Shown here: positions 1 through 9,912 of the stretch, piece by piece
Numbering within the stretch: the first letter of the stretch is position 1
Layout: each line of letters begins with the position of its first letter
Source: an uncultured Oscillospiraceae bacterium
GTDB lineage: Bacteria > Bacillota > Clostridia > Oscillospirales > Oscillospiraceae
Direction: 5' to 3'
NCBI GenBank assembly: GCA_947623745.1
Contig: CANQHN010000008.1
Span: forward strand, 1,387-65,386
DNA: 64,000 nucleotides
The notes under the pieces: generated by a model
Seen by the model: only the letters and a program-made list of their open reading frames with translations
What the model was told of the DNA's origin: nothing
Databases searched by the model: none
Position numbers and translations under genes: made by a program

Positions 1-441
1 CCCTGCCGTCTCAGCAGGAGATGATGCCACATCGTCACAGGCCAAGACGGTTTCTGTCCTGATGTCGTCGAACTCAGCCATCTCGCAGGCGAGGCTGAAA
101 TTGAGCTTGTCGCCGCCATAGTTGCCTAACAAACAGAGAACACCGCTTCCATGGTCACAAGCCCTGATCATTTCAGCCATTTTTTGCGCCGAGGGGGAGG
201 CAAAAACATTGCCAGCTGTGCATCCGTCAAGCATTCCCTGACCTACATAGCCAAGGAAGAGTGGTAGATGGCCGCTTCCTCCGGCAGTAACTATGCCAAC
301 TTTACCATTAGAAACGGGATATTTGGAAAGTAAGATACGCCGATCCCCGTCAAGGAACCGAATCCTGTCGCCATAAGCTAACTCGATACCCTCCATGACC
401 TCGCTAACAAAGTCTTCGGGCCTGTTAATGACTTTCTTCAT
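1..441 (-). CDS. dhaK: Dihydroxyacetone kinase subunit DhaK (3' end outside window)
   Basis: Manual translation from ATG at 441: MKKVINRPEDFVSEVMEG...GIVTAGGSGHLPLFLGYVG...GNVFASPS...LGNYGGDKLNF (DhaK motifs); GGAGG RBS upstream. Confidence 0.88.
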   Translation of the reverse strand, partial: MKKVINRPEDFVSEVMEGIELAYGDRIRFLDGDRRILLSKYPVSNGKVGIVTAGGSGHLPLFLGYVGQGMLDGCTAGNVFASPSAQKMAEMIRACDHGSGVLCLLGNYGGDKLNFSLACEMAEFDDIRTETVLACDDVASSPAETAG

Positions 442-507
442 AGTTGACCTCCGAAGTTTTACTTATAGTTTTCCAAATAAATGGAGGAGGAATTGTTCGG
501 CGTTTCA

Positions 508-1458
508 CTAAAGTAGGGACTGCTCCTGCTCAAAGAATTCTTGCAGAATATGAATAAATTCTGCGGCTGGCAGAGACAGCGAACGTCTTTTTAGAAAAAA
601 GGCGTACAGGTAATCAGTGCTTTCCAAATCGGGGAGAGGAAAAGCGTAAACCTTTTTTGAGTATTCGTCTCGCAATTCCTTGGAAATACCAGTATAGAAG
701 AACCTAGAATAGATTAGGCAGCCTACGCCGGAGCAAGCCACATTGAATGCCACATCAATGTTAGTACATTCCATCACAAAACGTGGTTTAATGCCGGACC
801 ACTCACAGTAGGCCTTGATTATATCCCCTGCCCATAATCCTTCACGGATATTCAGAAAAGGAAAACTCTCAAACAGTGTGAGGTCGGCCTTGGCCTGGCA
901 TGTTTCAGCCATGGATTCCGCTTCGTCACCCCAGTAGTTGTCGAAGAGTAGCCTTGGTACGATAAGAAGTTGAGATTTTTTAGCTAGAGGGATAATATGA
1001 TAATTTCCTTCGTCATCTGGCTTAGGGCCAATGGCCAAATCAACTGCGGCATAATCCAGAGATTTGACCGTTTTTTCTGGCTCGCTCTCTTCAAATTTGA
1101 CAGTGACATTTGGGAACTTTGCGAAGAACTTGGGCAGAACAGTTGGCAGAATGCTTCTGGCTGTGGTGTGTTGTATGCCAATATGCAACGATGCCGGCGC
1201 GAGCTTGTGCTGTTGGATATCAATATCGTACTGGTTGCGCAACCGAATAATCTCAGAAGCGGTTTTATAGAACAACACGCCTTCATAGGTCAGAACTAGG
1301 TCACGGCCGCGAATGAAAAGAGAGACACCCAATTCGTCCTCTATCCGAGAAATCTGTGCACTGAGAGTCTGCTGGGTAAGGTACAGCAACTTAGCTGTGC
1401 GCGAGAAGCTACCTTCGTCTGCAAGTGCAATAAAGTTTTCCAGTTCCTTTAATGTCAT
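508..1458 (-). CDS. LysR-family transcriptional regulator
   Basis: N-terminal HTH MTLKELENFIALADEGSFSRTAKLLYLTQQTLSAQISRIEDELGVSLF. Confidence 0.92.
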   Translation of the reverse strand: MTLKELENFIALADEGSFSRTAKLLYLTQQTLSAQISRIEDELGVSLFIRGRDLVLTYEGVLFYKTASEIIRLRNQYDIDIQQHKLAPASLHIGIQHTTARSILPTVLPKFFAKFPNVTVKFEESEPEKTVKSLDYAAVDLAIGPKPDDEGNYHIIPLAKKSQLLIVPRLLFDNYWGDEAESMAETCQAKADLTLFESFPFLNIREGLWAGDIIKAYCEWSGIKPRFVMECTNIDVAFNVACSGVGCLIYSRFFYTGISKELRDEYSKKVYAFPLPDLESTDYLYAFFLKRRSLSLPAAEFIHILQEFFEQEQSLL

Positions 1459-1480
1459 GATCAATGCCCTATAATTAAGG

Positions 1481-2239
1481 TCAGTATCCTAAACTGAAGG
1501 TTTCATAATTCTTTTTGAGGCCCTTTGCCAGCATATCCAAATCATACCCGATAAGCATAATTCGTACACCCTGGTTCCAGAGTTCCTGTGCACGTTGCCT
1601 GTTGGGGACGAGTATGGCGGGGGTTTTACCAGCGGCTAAAACCTTTTTTATAATGCGATTTTCCTGCTCGAAGACGGCAGCGCTGGTGTTCTGTCCCAAA
1701 AGGCCCATAGACTGAGAGAGATCACCTCTCCCTGTGGCAATCATATCCACACCGTCCAACTTCAGAATCTCATCCAGATTACGGATACCAGACAGACTTT
1801 CTATCTGTAGAGTGACTGTGACATTCTCATTGGCATCGGAAAGGTAAGGGACAATTGAATCTATACCAAACTTATTTTCAGGCATCATGCTGTACATGCC
1901 CCGCATTCCACACGGGGCATATTTTGTGTATTTTATGACCTCCTTAGCTATCTCAGGAGTATCCACATTGGGACACACTATACCGTTGGCTCCCATGTTG
2001 AGAATTTTGGTGATGTCGGTGACACTGGAAACGCGGACTTCTGTCCTCAAACCACACAGTCTGGCAATTCTCAGCATATCGCCCAGTTTATCATAACTGA
2101 ATGTGTGATGTTCCATATCTATCCGAATGAAATCATAACCAGAGGCTGCGGCCAGTTCAATCACTGTTGGATCCGGCAGTACAATGTACAATCCAAGGTA
2201 TGGAGTGTCTCGCTGGGCAATTATTTCCTTGAGCTTCAT
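1481..2239 (-). CDS. HpcH/HpaI class II aldolase family protein
   Basis: GYDFIRIDMEH, ILNMGANGIVCP, LQIESLSG, GRGDLS motifs; start reassigned to ATG 2239 with GGAG RBS. Confidence 0.85.
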   Translation of the reverse strand: MKLKEIIAQRDTPYLGLYIVLPDPTVIELAAASGYDFIRIDMEHHTFSYDKLGDMLRIARLCGLRTEVRVSSVTDITKILNMGANGIVCPNVDTPEIAKEVIKYTKYAPCGMRGMYSMMPENKFGIDSIVPYLSDANENVTVTLQIESLSGIRNLDEILKLDGVDMIATGRGDLSQSMGLLGQNTSAAVFEQENRIIKKVLAAGKTPAILVPNRQRAQELWNQGVRIMLIGYDLDMLAKGLKKNYETFSLGY

Positions 2240-2269
2240 TGTAAACTCCTTTTTACACAAATGTAAGGA

Positions 2270-2286
2270 GCTTTGTTCTATCACAA
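2270..2286. promoter_or_regulatory. Operator candidate GCTTTGTTCTATCACAA, copy 1
   Basis: Identical 17-mer at 2508-2524 in the same divergent intergenic region. Confidence 0.5.
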
Positions 2287-2507
2287 TCAGCAATATATCA
2301 TAAGAAAGATTCCTTTTCAAGTAAGACACTCAGAGGCGACAAATCGTCATTGAAGTCGAGCTTTTTTTGATGGCTGAAAAAATTGCACGTGTTAATTAGC
2401 ATATGGAGGAAAAGAAACTTTTTGAGCAAAATAAAATAATATTTGTATGTAATACCACAATTATTTGTTTGATTTTGACATAATTTAAAGCTACCCTATT
2501 ATTGGGT

Positions 2508-2524
2508 GCTTTGTTCTATCACAA
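2508..2524. promoter_or_regulatory. Operator candidate GCTTTGTTCTATCACAA, copy 2
   Basis: Identical to 2270-2286; contains TTGT-N6-ACAA dyad. Confidence 0.5.
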
Positions 2525-2567
2525 GACTGAGCACATCAATTAATTTATACTAGAAAGGAAGAGAGAC

Positions 2568-3665
2568 ATGAAAAATCTGAAAAAGATTGTAGCGTTTATC
2601 CTCTGCCTGAGCATCGTGGCGGTGTTCATGACCGCCTGTGGCCAGGCTAGCCCCAGCGCTGCGGCCTCCAACCCAGGGCCGGTATCAAGTTCCACCACTG
2701 ATGAACAAACCAATAAGCCCGCATCCGAAGATGGAGAGGTAGATTTGACTCAGGGTGACAAAGTCACGCTGAGATTTGCTACGGACCTAATTGACGCTAA
2801 CCCTGGCCAGCTTGCTTTGAACGATATTTGCGATGAGATATCTGAGCTCACCGGTGGCCGTATCACCATTGAGATGTACGGCAACTCACAACTGGGTACT
2901 GCCCCCGAGCAATTAGAGCAGTGCAATAATGGACTTATCGATATGCACTATGCTACTGGTATCTCTAACTATTGCCCGGAGTACGGCGCGTTGCAGCTCC
3001 CCTATATGTTCATGAACTATGATCATGCCAGAGCAGTGTTCACCGGCGAGATTGGCGAGTACTTCAAGCAACTTGTCGCTGACAACACTAACATGTATGC
3101 CATCCAGTTTGGTGCTATCGGCTACCGGAATCTAACAGCCAACAAGCTGATAAAGACCCCCGATGATATGAAAGGCTTGAAGATTCGCACGAGAGAGATA
3201 CCTGCGGATGTAGCCGCCTTTGAAGCACTCGGCGCTGTTCCCACGCCTATGGCTTTCTCCGAACTGTATACGGCACTGCAGCAGGGCACTGTTGATGGGC
3301 ATGATAACACGGTCACTGTTATCTTGAACAATAACCTCGATAGCGTACAGAAATACATCTACCTCAGCGAGCACACGCTGGATTCGGGAATCATTGTCAT
3401 GAACAAAGATTCTCTGGACAATCTATCTGAGACTGATCGTGAATTCATCCTCAGCGAGTTTGGCACTATGCTAGAGCGCAGCATCGCTAAGACGGAAGCC
3501 TCCGAAGAAGATGTGCTCCAGCAGATTATTGATAGGGGAAATGCTGAGGTCATCAGAGATTTTGACAAGCAGGCGTTTGCAGATGTCATGCGCACCATCT
3601 ATGTGGATTATGAGGAAGCTTATGGAAAGGAACTTCTGGATAGCATTGTCAACTGCGAATACTGA
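2568..3665 (+). CDS. dctP: TRAP transporter substrate-binding lipoprotein DctP
   Basis: Lipobox (FMTAC), DMKGLKIR, PTPMAFSELYTALQQGTVDG. Confidence 0.92.
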   Translation: MKNLKKIVAFILCLSIVAVFMTACGQASPSAAASNPGPVSSSTTDEQTNKPASEDGEVDLTQGDKVTLRFATDLIDANPGQLALNDICDEISELTGGRITIEMYGNSQLGTAPEQLEQCNNGLIDMHYATGISNYCPEYGALQLPYMFMNYDHARAVFTGEIGEYFKQLVADNTNMYAIQFGAIGYRNLTANKLIKTPDDMKGLKIRTREIPADVAAFEALGAVPTPMAFSELYTALQQGTVDGHDNTVTVILNNNLDSVQKYIYLSEHTLDSGIIVMNKDSLDNLSETDREFILSEFGTMLERSIAKTEASEEDVLQQIIDRGNAEVIRDFDKQAFADVMRTIYVDYEEAYGKELLDSIVNCEY

Positions 3666-3762
3666 TATCAATATGGTCTAGCAAAAATGTTGTCCTCTTC
3701 AATTCAACTAGTTGAAAAAAGACGATACCTCTGACTTCTATTAATAGAAAGGGGGAATCTAT

Positions 3763-4227
3763 TTGTTTAAAATTTTTGATAAGTGCCTAAAGACTGTTCT
3801 GGCCCTCATGGGCCTTACGATGATCGTCGTTGGCTTTATGCAAGTGTTTTGGCGTTATGTGCTTCACCACTCGCTGACTTGGTCGGAGGAACTGCTCCGT
3901 TATCTTTTCGTCTGGATTGTACTCGTGGGTGCACCCACGGGCATACCGACCGGATCACATGTATCGTTTGACTTAATACAGAAAAAAATACCGAATAAAT
4001 ATCACGGGTATTACCAGATATTTCTGTATGTATTAATCTTGGCCGGGTTCATGTTCATGGCAATCTGGGGTATGCCTTATGCGCTATCAAACTTTGATCA
4101 TGTTTCCCCCGCCATGCAGATCCCGTTCGGTTGGGTCATACTTGCTGTCCCGGTGGGCGGAATAGTTGGCATCGCGTATACCGTATACGCAATTACGCAA
4201 CAGGTGAAAAAGAACAGGGAGGTGTGA
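3763..4227 (+). CDS. dctQ: TRAP transporter small permease DctQ
   Basis: QVFWRYV...LTWSEELLRYLFVW, 4 TM segments, between dctP and dctM. Confidence 0.9.
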   Translation: MFKIFDKCLKTVLALMGLTMIVVGFMQVFWRYVLHHSLTWSEELLRYLFVWIVLVGAPTGIPTGSHVSFDLIQKKIPNKYHGYYQIFLYVLILAGFMFMAIWGMPYALSNFDHVSPAMQIPFGWVILAVPVGGIVGIAYTVYAITQQVKKNREV

Positions 4228-4228
4228 T

Positions 4229-5512
4229 ATGTCGACTGCCGCGATTCTCCTTATCGTTACAATGCTGGTATTCATGTTCTTAGGTGCGCCGATTTATCTC
4301 GCCATACTCTTTGCAAGCGTGGCCAGCGCGTTTGTCAAGGGCATCGATCCGTCCATCATCATACAGCGCATGTATGCCGCAAATGACAGCTTCTCCCTGC
4401 TGGCTGTCCCGTTCTTCTATATGGCGGGTGACCTGATGGTTCAGGGGGGTATTGCTAGGCGCCTTGTCGCTCTGGCAAAAAGCCTGCTGGGCCGCCTGAG
4501 AGGTGCGCTCACCATTATCGACTTTGTAGCCTGTGCTTTTTTTGGCGCTATCAGCGGCTCATCTTATGCTACCACTGCCTCAATAGGAAAGCTGATGTAC
4601 CCTGAGATGCTGCATGACGGCTATGAAAAAGGTTTTGCTGCAGTGCTCCAAGCTGTGGGAGGTACGTTGGGAGTACTTATACCGCCAAGTATTCTATGCG
4701 TTCTGTATGGCGTTGCAACGGGTACCTCCGTTGGCGATATGTTACTGTATATCGCACCTGTGGGTATAGCTACCACCCTGGCGTATATCCTTACGGCACA
4801 AGTTATGATTACCGACAAAAAGAAGGGCTATTACGACACAAGCAAAGAGAAAAAAACGGAGATTTCTAGTAAAGATATTTGGGTAAGCTTAAAGGATGCC
4901 TTTTGGGCCATACTCTCCCCGGTAATCATCCTGGGCGGTATCTATTCCGGCGTCTGCACTCCCACAGAATGTGCGGCCATCGCCTGTGTCTATGCGCTGG
5001 TCATTGGACTGTTCGTATATAAGGAACTCAATTTCAAGATCATATTTAGGTCAATAATGAGTTCGATTCTTGGTACTGCCTGCGTGACGCTGATATTTGA
5101 TTCCGCCACAGCATTCAGCTATATGATGACAGTTAACCGTATCGCCGCAAGCGTGGCTAGTTGGGTCAACAGCACGATGTCCTCCGTGGTGGTATTCTGG
5201 CTTATGGTCAATTTGGTGTATGCAATTGCCGGCATGTTTGTCGAGGGTAGCGTCACCATTACTGTCATTACACCACTGCTCTTCCCGATTGCTATGTCCT
5301 TTGGTATCAATCCTGTACACTTCGGGGTGGTTACGATTCTAAACTGCATCATAGGGACACTTACACCGCCCTTTGGCGGCGCACTTTTCATTGCCTCTAG
5401 TGTGACGGAGGTTCCAGTGACAACCTTGGTCAGGCGTGTCTGGCCATTCGTACTTGCCGGCTTTGCCCTGTGCCTAGCTATCACCTATGTGCCGTTCGCA
5501 TGGCTATACTGA
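4229..5512 (+). CDS. dctM: TRAP transporter large permease DctM
   Basis: LLAVPFF, FFGAISGSS, LIPPS, GTLTPPFG motifs; 427 aa hydrophobic. Confidence 0.93.
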   Translation: MSTAAILLIVTMLVFMFLGAPIYLAILFASVASAFVKGIDPSIIIQRMYAANDSFSLLAVPFFYMAGDLMVQGGIARRLVALAKSLLGRLRGALTIIDFVACAFFGAISGSSYATTASIGKLMYPEMLHDGYEKGFAAVLQAVGGTLGVLIPPSILCVLYGVATGTSVGDMLLYIAPVGIATTLAYILTAQVMITDKKKGYYDTSKEKKTEISSKDIWVSLKDAFWAILSPVIILGGIYSGVCTPTECAAIACVYALVIGLFVYKELNFKIIFRSIMSSILGTACVTLIFDSATAFSYMMTVNRIAASVASWVNSTMSSVVVFWLMVNLVYAIAGMFVEGSVTITVITPLLFPIAMSFGINPVHFGVVTILNCIIGTLTPPFGGALFIASSVTEVPVTTLVRRVWPFVLAGFALCLAITYVPFAWLY

Positions 5513-5569
5513 GTTACTCTGAACAAATTGGGGAGCACGCAGAGCGGGATAAAAGGAAAGGAGTATATT

Positions 5570-6331
5570 ATGGCGAAATATAAGATTTATCCTATCAGAT
5601 TAGGTATGCAGGAGGCCCGGGACAAGTCTGGCGGTACTTATCTCCAGAACTCTGGGGTGAAGGTGCCTTCGGCTATTATGGGATTCGTTATAGCCGGTGA
5701 AGGACGGCATATTATGGTCGACGTGGGCTGTGGACCAGCCCAGTGGAGCATTGAAAAACATAATTTTCATCTAACAGAGTGGTATCCATTGCCCGAGGCA
5801 CTAGAAAAGGCCGGCTTCAGTGTAAAGGACATCGACGCCGTGGTCCTGACCCATCTACACCACGACCACTGCTGGAATCTAGCAGACATTCCAAATGTGC
5901 CGGCCTATGTCCAGAAGGAAGAGGTACTCTTCGCCCTGGACCCGTTGCCTTATCAGTGGTACTACTATGAGGTGGCCCAGGTGGGAATGACACCTAGATG
6001 GTATGCGGAAATGTACCGCTTCAAGTATGTTGAAGGAGATTACGAGATATTTGACGGTATAAAACTCATTAAATTCTGCGGACATACTGCCGGTTCCCAG
6101 GGCGTCCTGGTAGACACGGAGTCGGGCAGGATTCTGATTGCCGGCGACACCGTGAATCTTTACGACAACTGGGAAGGAAAGGGCGTGTGGAAACACATCC
6201 CCAATACGATACACATCAACGTCGAGGATATGTACAAAGATTTTGAAAAGATAGAAGCTCTCAACTGCACACATATTCTACCAGGCCATGATATCCGCGT
6301 TCTCGACCACAAAGTATACCCCGTAGAATAA
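5570..6331 (+). CDS. Metallo-beta-lactamase-fold hydrolase (AHL-lactonase-like family)
   Basis: THLHHDH, GHTAGSQ, AGD, PGHD metal ligands; AAGGAG RBS before ATG 5570. Confidence 0.85.
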   Translation: MAKYKIYPIRLGMQEARDKSGGTYLQNSGVKVPSAIMGFVIAGEGRHIMVDVGCGPAQWSIEKHNFHLTEWYPLPEALEKAGFSVKDIDAVVLTHLHHDHCWNLADIPNVPAYVQKEEVLFALDPLPYQWYYYEVAQVGMTPRWYAEMYRFKYVEGDYEIFDGIKLIKFCGHTAGSQGVLVDTESGRILIAGDTVNLYDNWEGKGVWKHIPNTIHINVEDMYKDFEKIEALNCTHILPGHDIRVLDHKVYPVE

Positions 6332-6492
6332 TACTGCCTGAGTCCGTAAATTGTAAATCCCATGTGCTTTATGCTGCTTAACATAGATGAGCGCCTGCGC
6401 ATGGGATTTTTTTCGCCAAAATTGCCGCCCACATGGTAAAAACAATATGTTTACACTATAAAAAAGTTGTAGAAATAACGGAGGACAAGTAG

Positions 6493-7659
6493 ATGCAGAG
6501 TTTTACTTACAATACCCCCACACGAATGGAGTTTGGCCCTGGAAAAGAGAGCGAAGTCGGCGCACTACTGAAGGAATTTGGAGCGAAGAAGGTCCTGATA
6601 CACTACGGAGGCGGCAGTGCTGTTAGAAGTGGCTTGCTGGACAAAGTGACTGAGTCTGTGAGGAGTATCGGTCTGGACTATGTGAAAAAGGGTGGTGTAC
6701 AACCTAACCCGCGTCTATCCGAGGTTCGTGAGGCGATAGACCTGTGCAGAGCGGAAAAGGTGGACTTTATTCTTGCCGTTGGCGGCGGCAGTGTGATTGA
6801 TGCCTCCAAGGCGGTGGGATATGGGTTGGCCACCGAACGAGATATTTGGGACTTTTTCGTTGGAGAAGCGGTACCAACCGCCTCCTATCCTGTAGGCTGT
6901 ATCCTTACGCTGTCAGCTGCCGGCAGTGAGATGAGCAATTCCTGCGTCATTACAAATGACATTACTGGGCAGAAACGTGCCTGTGACAACGAATACGGCA
7001 GGCCGAAGTTTGCAGTGTTGAACCCGGAGCTTACATATTCCCTTCCAGCATATCAGACCTCCTGCGGTTGCGCTGACATTATCATGCATACCCTTGAACG
7101 CTATTTCCACAACGGCACCACACTGGATATCACCGACGGCATAGCTCAGTGTCTCCTACGCAACATGATGAAAGTTGCTCAGGAAGTACTCGAAAAACCT
7201 AACGATTACAACATAAGAGCCGAAATCATGTGGTGTGGTAGCCTCTCCCACAATGGTCTCACAGCATGTGGTGGAGGAAATGGTGACTGGGCCGTGCATC
7301 TGATTGAACATGAACTAGGTGGAAAATATGACGTCGCTCATGGCGCAGGACTCACGGCAGTATGGGGCACTTGGGCGAGGGCTGTCTGTTCCAAGCACAA
7401 GGAGCGCTTCATCAAATTGGCAAAGACTGTGCTTGATGTGGAACTTGACGGGGATGAAGCTGTAGAAGAGGGAATTCACCGTATGGAGGAATTCTTCCGC
7501 TCCATCAATATGCCTGTCTCTATCCGCGACCTTGGGATCAATCCAACGGACGAGGATCTATGGGATATGGCCAAAAAATGTACGAGATATGGCAGCGTAG
7601 GTGGTATGGAGCCGCTAGACGAGGTCGGAGTATACGAGATATACAAAACAGCGCTATGA
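6493..7659 (+). CDS. Iron-containing alcohol dehydrogenase (BdhA-like)
   Basis: GGVQPNP, AVGGGSVIDASK, AAGSEMS, HLIEHELG...HGAGL. Confidence 0.9.
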   Translation: MQSFTYNTPTRMEFGPGKESEVGALLKEFGAKKVLIHYGGGSAVRSGLLDKVTESVRSIGLDYVKKGGVQPNPRLSEVREAIDLCRAEKVDFILAVGGGSVIDASKAVGYGLATERDIWDFFVGEAVPTASYPVGCILTLSAAGSEMSNSCVITNDITGQKRACDNEYGRPKFAVLNPELTYSLPAYQTSCGCADIIMHTLERYFHNGTTLDITDGIAQCLLRNMMKVAQEVLEKPNDYNIRAEIMWCGSLSHNGLTACGGGNGDWAVHLIEHELGGKYDVAHGAGLTAVWGTWARAVCSKHKERFIKLAKTVLDVELDGDEAVEEGIHRMEEFFRSINMPVSIRDLGINPTDEDLWDMAKKCTRYGSVGGMEPLDEVGVYEIYKTAL

Positions 7660-7829
7660 GATGAGTATTTCTAGCACGAAAAAGATCTTCGCTCTGGAAA
7701 AAATGCGGTAGATAGGCATGAAGAATATATTTGAACTACAAGGGAAAATGTAAAGTATAAGAACGCTTTCCCCTTTTTCCACAACTGCATCCATTCCGCC
7801 GACCCAACGGCCCTCGAATAAACTTGCGG

Positions 7830-7858
7830 TTGAATTTTGCATGGTATTAAGATATACT
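7830..7858 (+). promoter_or_regulatory. Sigma-A-type promoter for the HipA-like gene
   Basis: TTGAAT-17-TATACT. Confidence 0.5.
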
Positions 7859-7938
7859 GTGTATTGAAAAACCGCGATGATAAGGCCAATTTCGACCTGT
7901 GAATTGTGGTGAAGCACCACGAGAGAGGGGGGGCCAGA

Positions 7939-9051
7939 ATGCTGCGGCCAAATATGAGTAACCACTATGTCCTGCTGAACCGGGACGAGCCGGTACTGGA
8001 TTTCCTATGTCGCAGGAATGAGTTCAACGAGCCGGAGTTCTTTGAACTCCAGTGGCATACGGATATCCGGCCCATTGGCTACCTTAACCTGGACTCCTTC
8101 TTGGAGCGCCGAAAAGCGCCAAAGCACCGCCGACATATCCAGCAGCTTCTAGAGCAATACGGCTGCGACGACCTAGAGGGCTTTATCCAGGTCACTTACG
8201 CGCTCTCCCTCAACGACACCTTTTGGGTGCGTCAGGATGGTTCGCCTATGGCCTGGACTGACATCTCCCTCTACACCAACGATTTCAGTGAATTAATCAG
8301 CCAGGCCGCCTTTGACGGGACGGTCAGCGAGACGGACCTGTCCTCTACCTCTCCAGAGTTTGGAACGGACGGCTACTACGCCAAGTGCTGGGTGCGGGAG
8401 GAGTCCGGGATCTGTCTTTATAAGAGCGGCAGCGCTTACTATGAGATTGAGCCCCTATCCGAGTTCCTGGCCTCTCAACTGGCAGCGGAGCTGTGTCCCC
8501 AGGCGGTCCGCTATGACATGGGCTGGTACCATGGAAAGCTCATCAGCAAATGCCCTCTGTTTACCAGCGAAGCGGTGGGACTGGCCAAGGCCAGCGCGGT
8601 GTTCGGCGGCGTTGAGCACACCATCCCGGAACTGTTGCGCTACTTCACCGAGATTGGCAGCGGGGATGCCTTCCGGCGTATGTGTGTGCTGGATGCATTG
8701 ATTCTGAACCCGGACCGGCACTATGGGAATTTCGGTGTGCTGTTTGACACCGAGACTATGGACGTCCTGGGGATGGCCCCGGTGTTTGACCACAACAGGA
8801 GCCTGTTCCCGGAGCTGGACAACGACCAGCTGGCATCGCCGGAGCGGTATCTGAACCACTGTCGGCCCCGGCTGGGCGCGGACTTCCTGCTGACGGCCAG
8901 GGGACTGCTGACCGAGGAAATCCGCAGGGACCTGGAGCGGCTGGACGGCTTCACCTTCCGCCAGCACCCCACCATCCATGCCGAGCAGGAGCGTCTGGAC
9001 GCCCTGAGCGCCATCGTCCAGAATCAGATCCGAAAAATACTGGACAAGTGA
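7939..9051 (+). CDS. HipA/CtkA-like kinase domain protein
   Basis: GTDGYYAKCW, LYK, DALILNPDRHYGNFG, APVFDHNRSL kinase motifs; start 7939 or 7954. Confidence 0.75.
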   Translation: MLRPNMSNHYVLLNRDEPVLDFLCRRNEFNEPEFFELQWHTDIRPIGYLNLDSFLERRKAPKHRRHIQQLLEQYGCDDLEGFIQVTYALSLNDTFWVRQDGSPMAWTDISLYTNDFSELISQAAFDGTVSETDLSSTSPEFGTDGYYAKCWVREESGICLYKSGSAYYEIEPLSEFLASQLAAELCPQAVRYDMGWYHGKLISKCPLFTSEAVGLAKASAVFGGVEHTIPELLRYFTEIGSGDAFRRMCVLDALILNPDRHYGNFGVLFDTETMDVLGMAPVFDHNRSLFPELDNDQLASPERYLNHCRPRLGADFLLTARGLLTEEIRRDLERLDGFTFRQHPTIHAEQERLDALSAIVQNQIRKILDK

Positions 9052-9137
9052 TTATAAAGAGGACCGACACCGCGAGAGCGGTGCCGGTCCTTCCTTTATA
9101 TATTGTTACTCATCGGGGCTAAGTGGGACCCATCCGC

Positions 9138-9770
9138 TTACCGAATAAAGTTAGTGGACTGCCGCGGCTCCTTTTCCGGCAGCCCAAATTTCTCTTTGCC
9201 TAGGGCGATGCTCCGCATCAGGAAGGTCATGTTCCAGGCCAGGGTCCGCATGGTCTGCTTGCCCTCCTCGTCCATCTCGGCGTCGCCCTTGTCCAGACCG
9301 TGGATGGAGTTCCAGTACTGGCTGGAGGCGATGGGCATCCCGCTGATGGTGAAGAACTTGTTCAGCTCATCAAAGGTGGCGGAGCAGCCGCCCCGGCGGG
9401 CGCAGGCGATGCTGGCCCCCACCTTCATGGTCTTGTCGAAGGGCGTGCTGTAGAACAGACGGGTCAGACACGCCACCAGTGTGGCGTTGGCGGAGGCATA
9501 GTAGACCGGGGAGGCCACGATCAAACCGTCGGCGGCCTCGAACTTGGGGGCCAGCTGCTGGTTCACCACGTCGTCAAACACACACTTGCCCCGCTCGAAG
9601 CAGGTGTTGCAGCCGATGCAGCCGCGGACGGCCATGGCGCCGACTTGGACGGTGTCCACCTCCACGCCGCTCTCGGTGAAGATGTGCTCCAGCTCTCTGA
9701 CAGCGATCGAGGTGTTCCCATTCGCACGGGGACTTCCATTGATGATAAGGACCTTCAACTTTTCAGACAT
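9138..9770 (-). CDS. Flavodoxin family / iron-sulfur flavoprotein
   Basis: INGSPRANGNT, CIGCNTC...C, ASPVYYAS, RRGGCS. Confidence 0.88.
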   Translation of the reverse strand: MSEKLKVLIINGSPRANGNTSIAVRELEHIFTESGVEVDTVQVGAMAVRGCIGCNTCFERGKCVFDDVVNQQLAPKFEAADGLIVASPVYYASANATLVACLTRLFYSTPFDKTMKVGASIACARRGGCSATFDELNKFFTISGMPIASSQYWNSIHGLDKGDAEMDEEGKQTMRTLAWNMTFLMRSIALGKEKFGLPEKEPRQSTNFIR

Positions 9771-9912
9771 TTCAAAACTTCCTCTCTCAGTTATCTGTCC
9801 GGCAAAACAGGTTGGATTCAGCTTACCGCATTCCAGGGGCAAAGTCAAGCCGCACGGATACGCCGCGCTGTGCAAACTCCTGATGGGCGGCAGGGTCAAC
9901 GGCGGCCCACAG

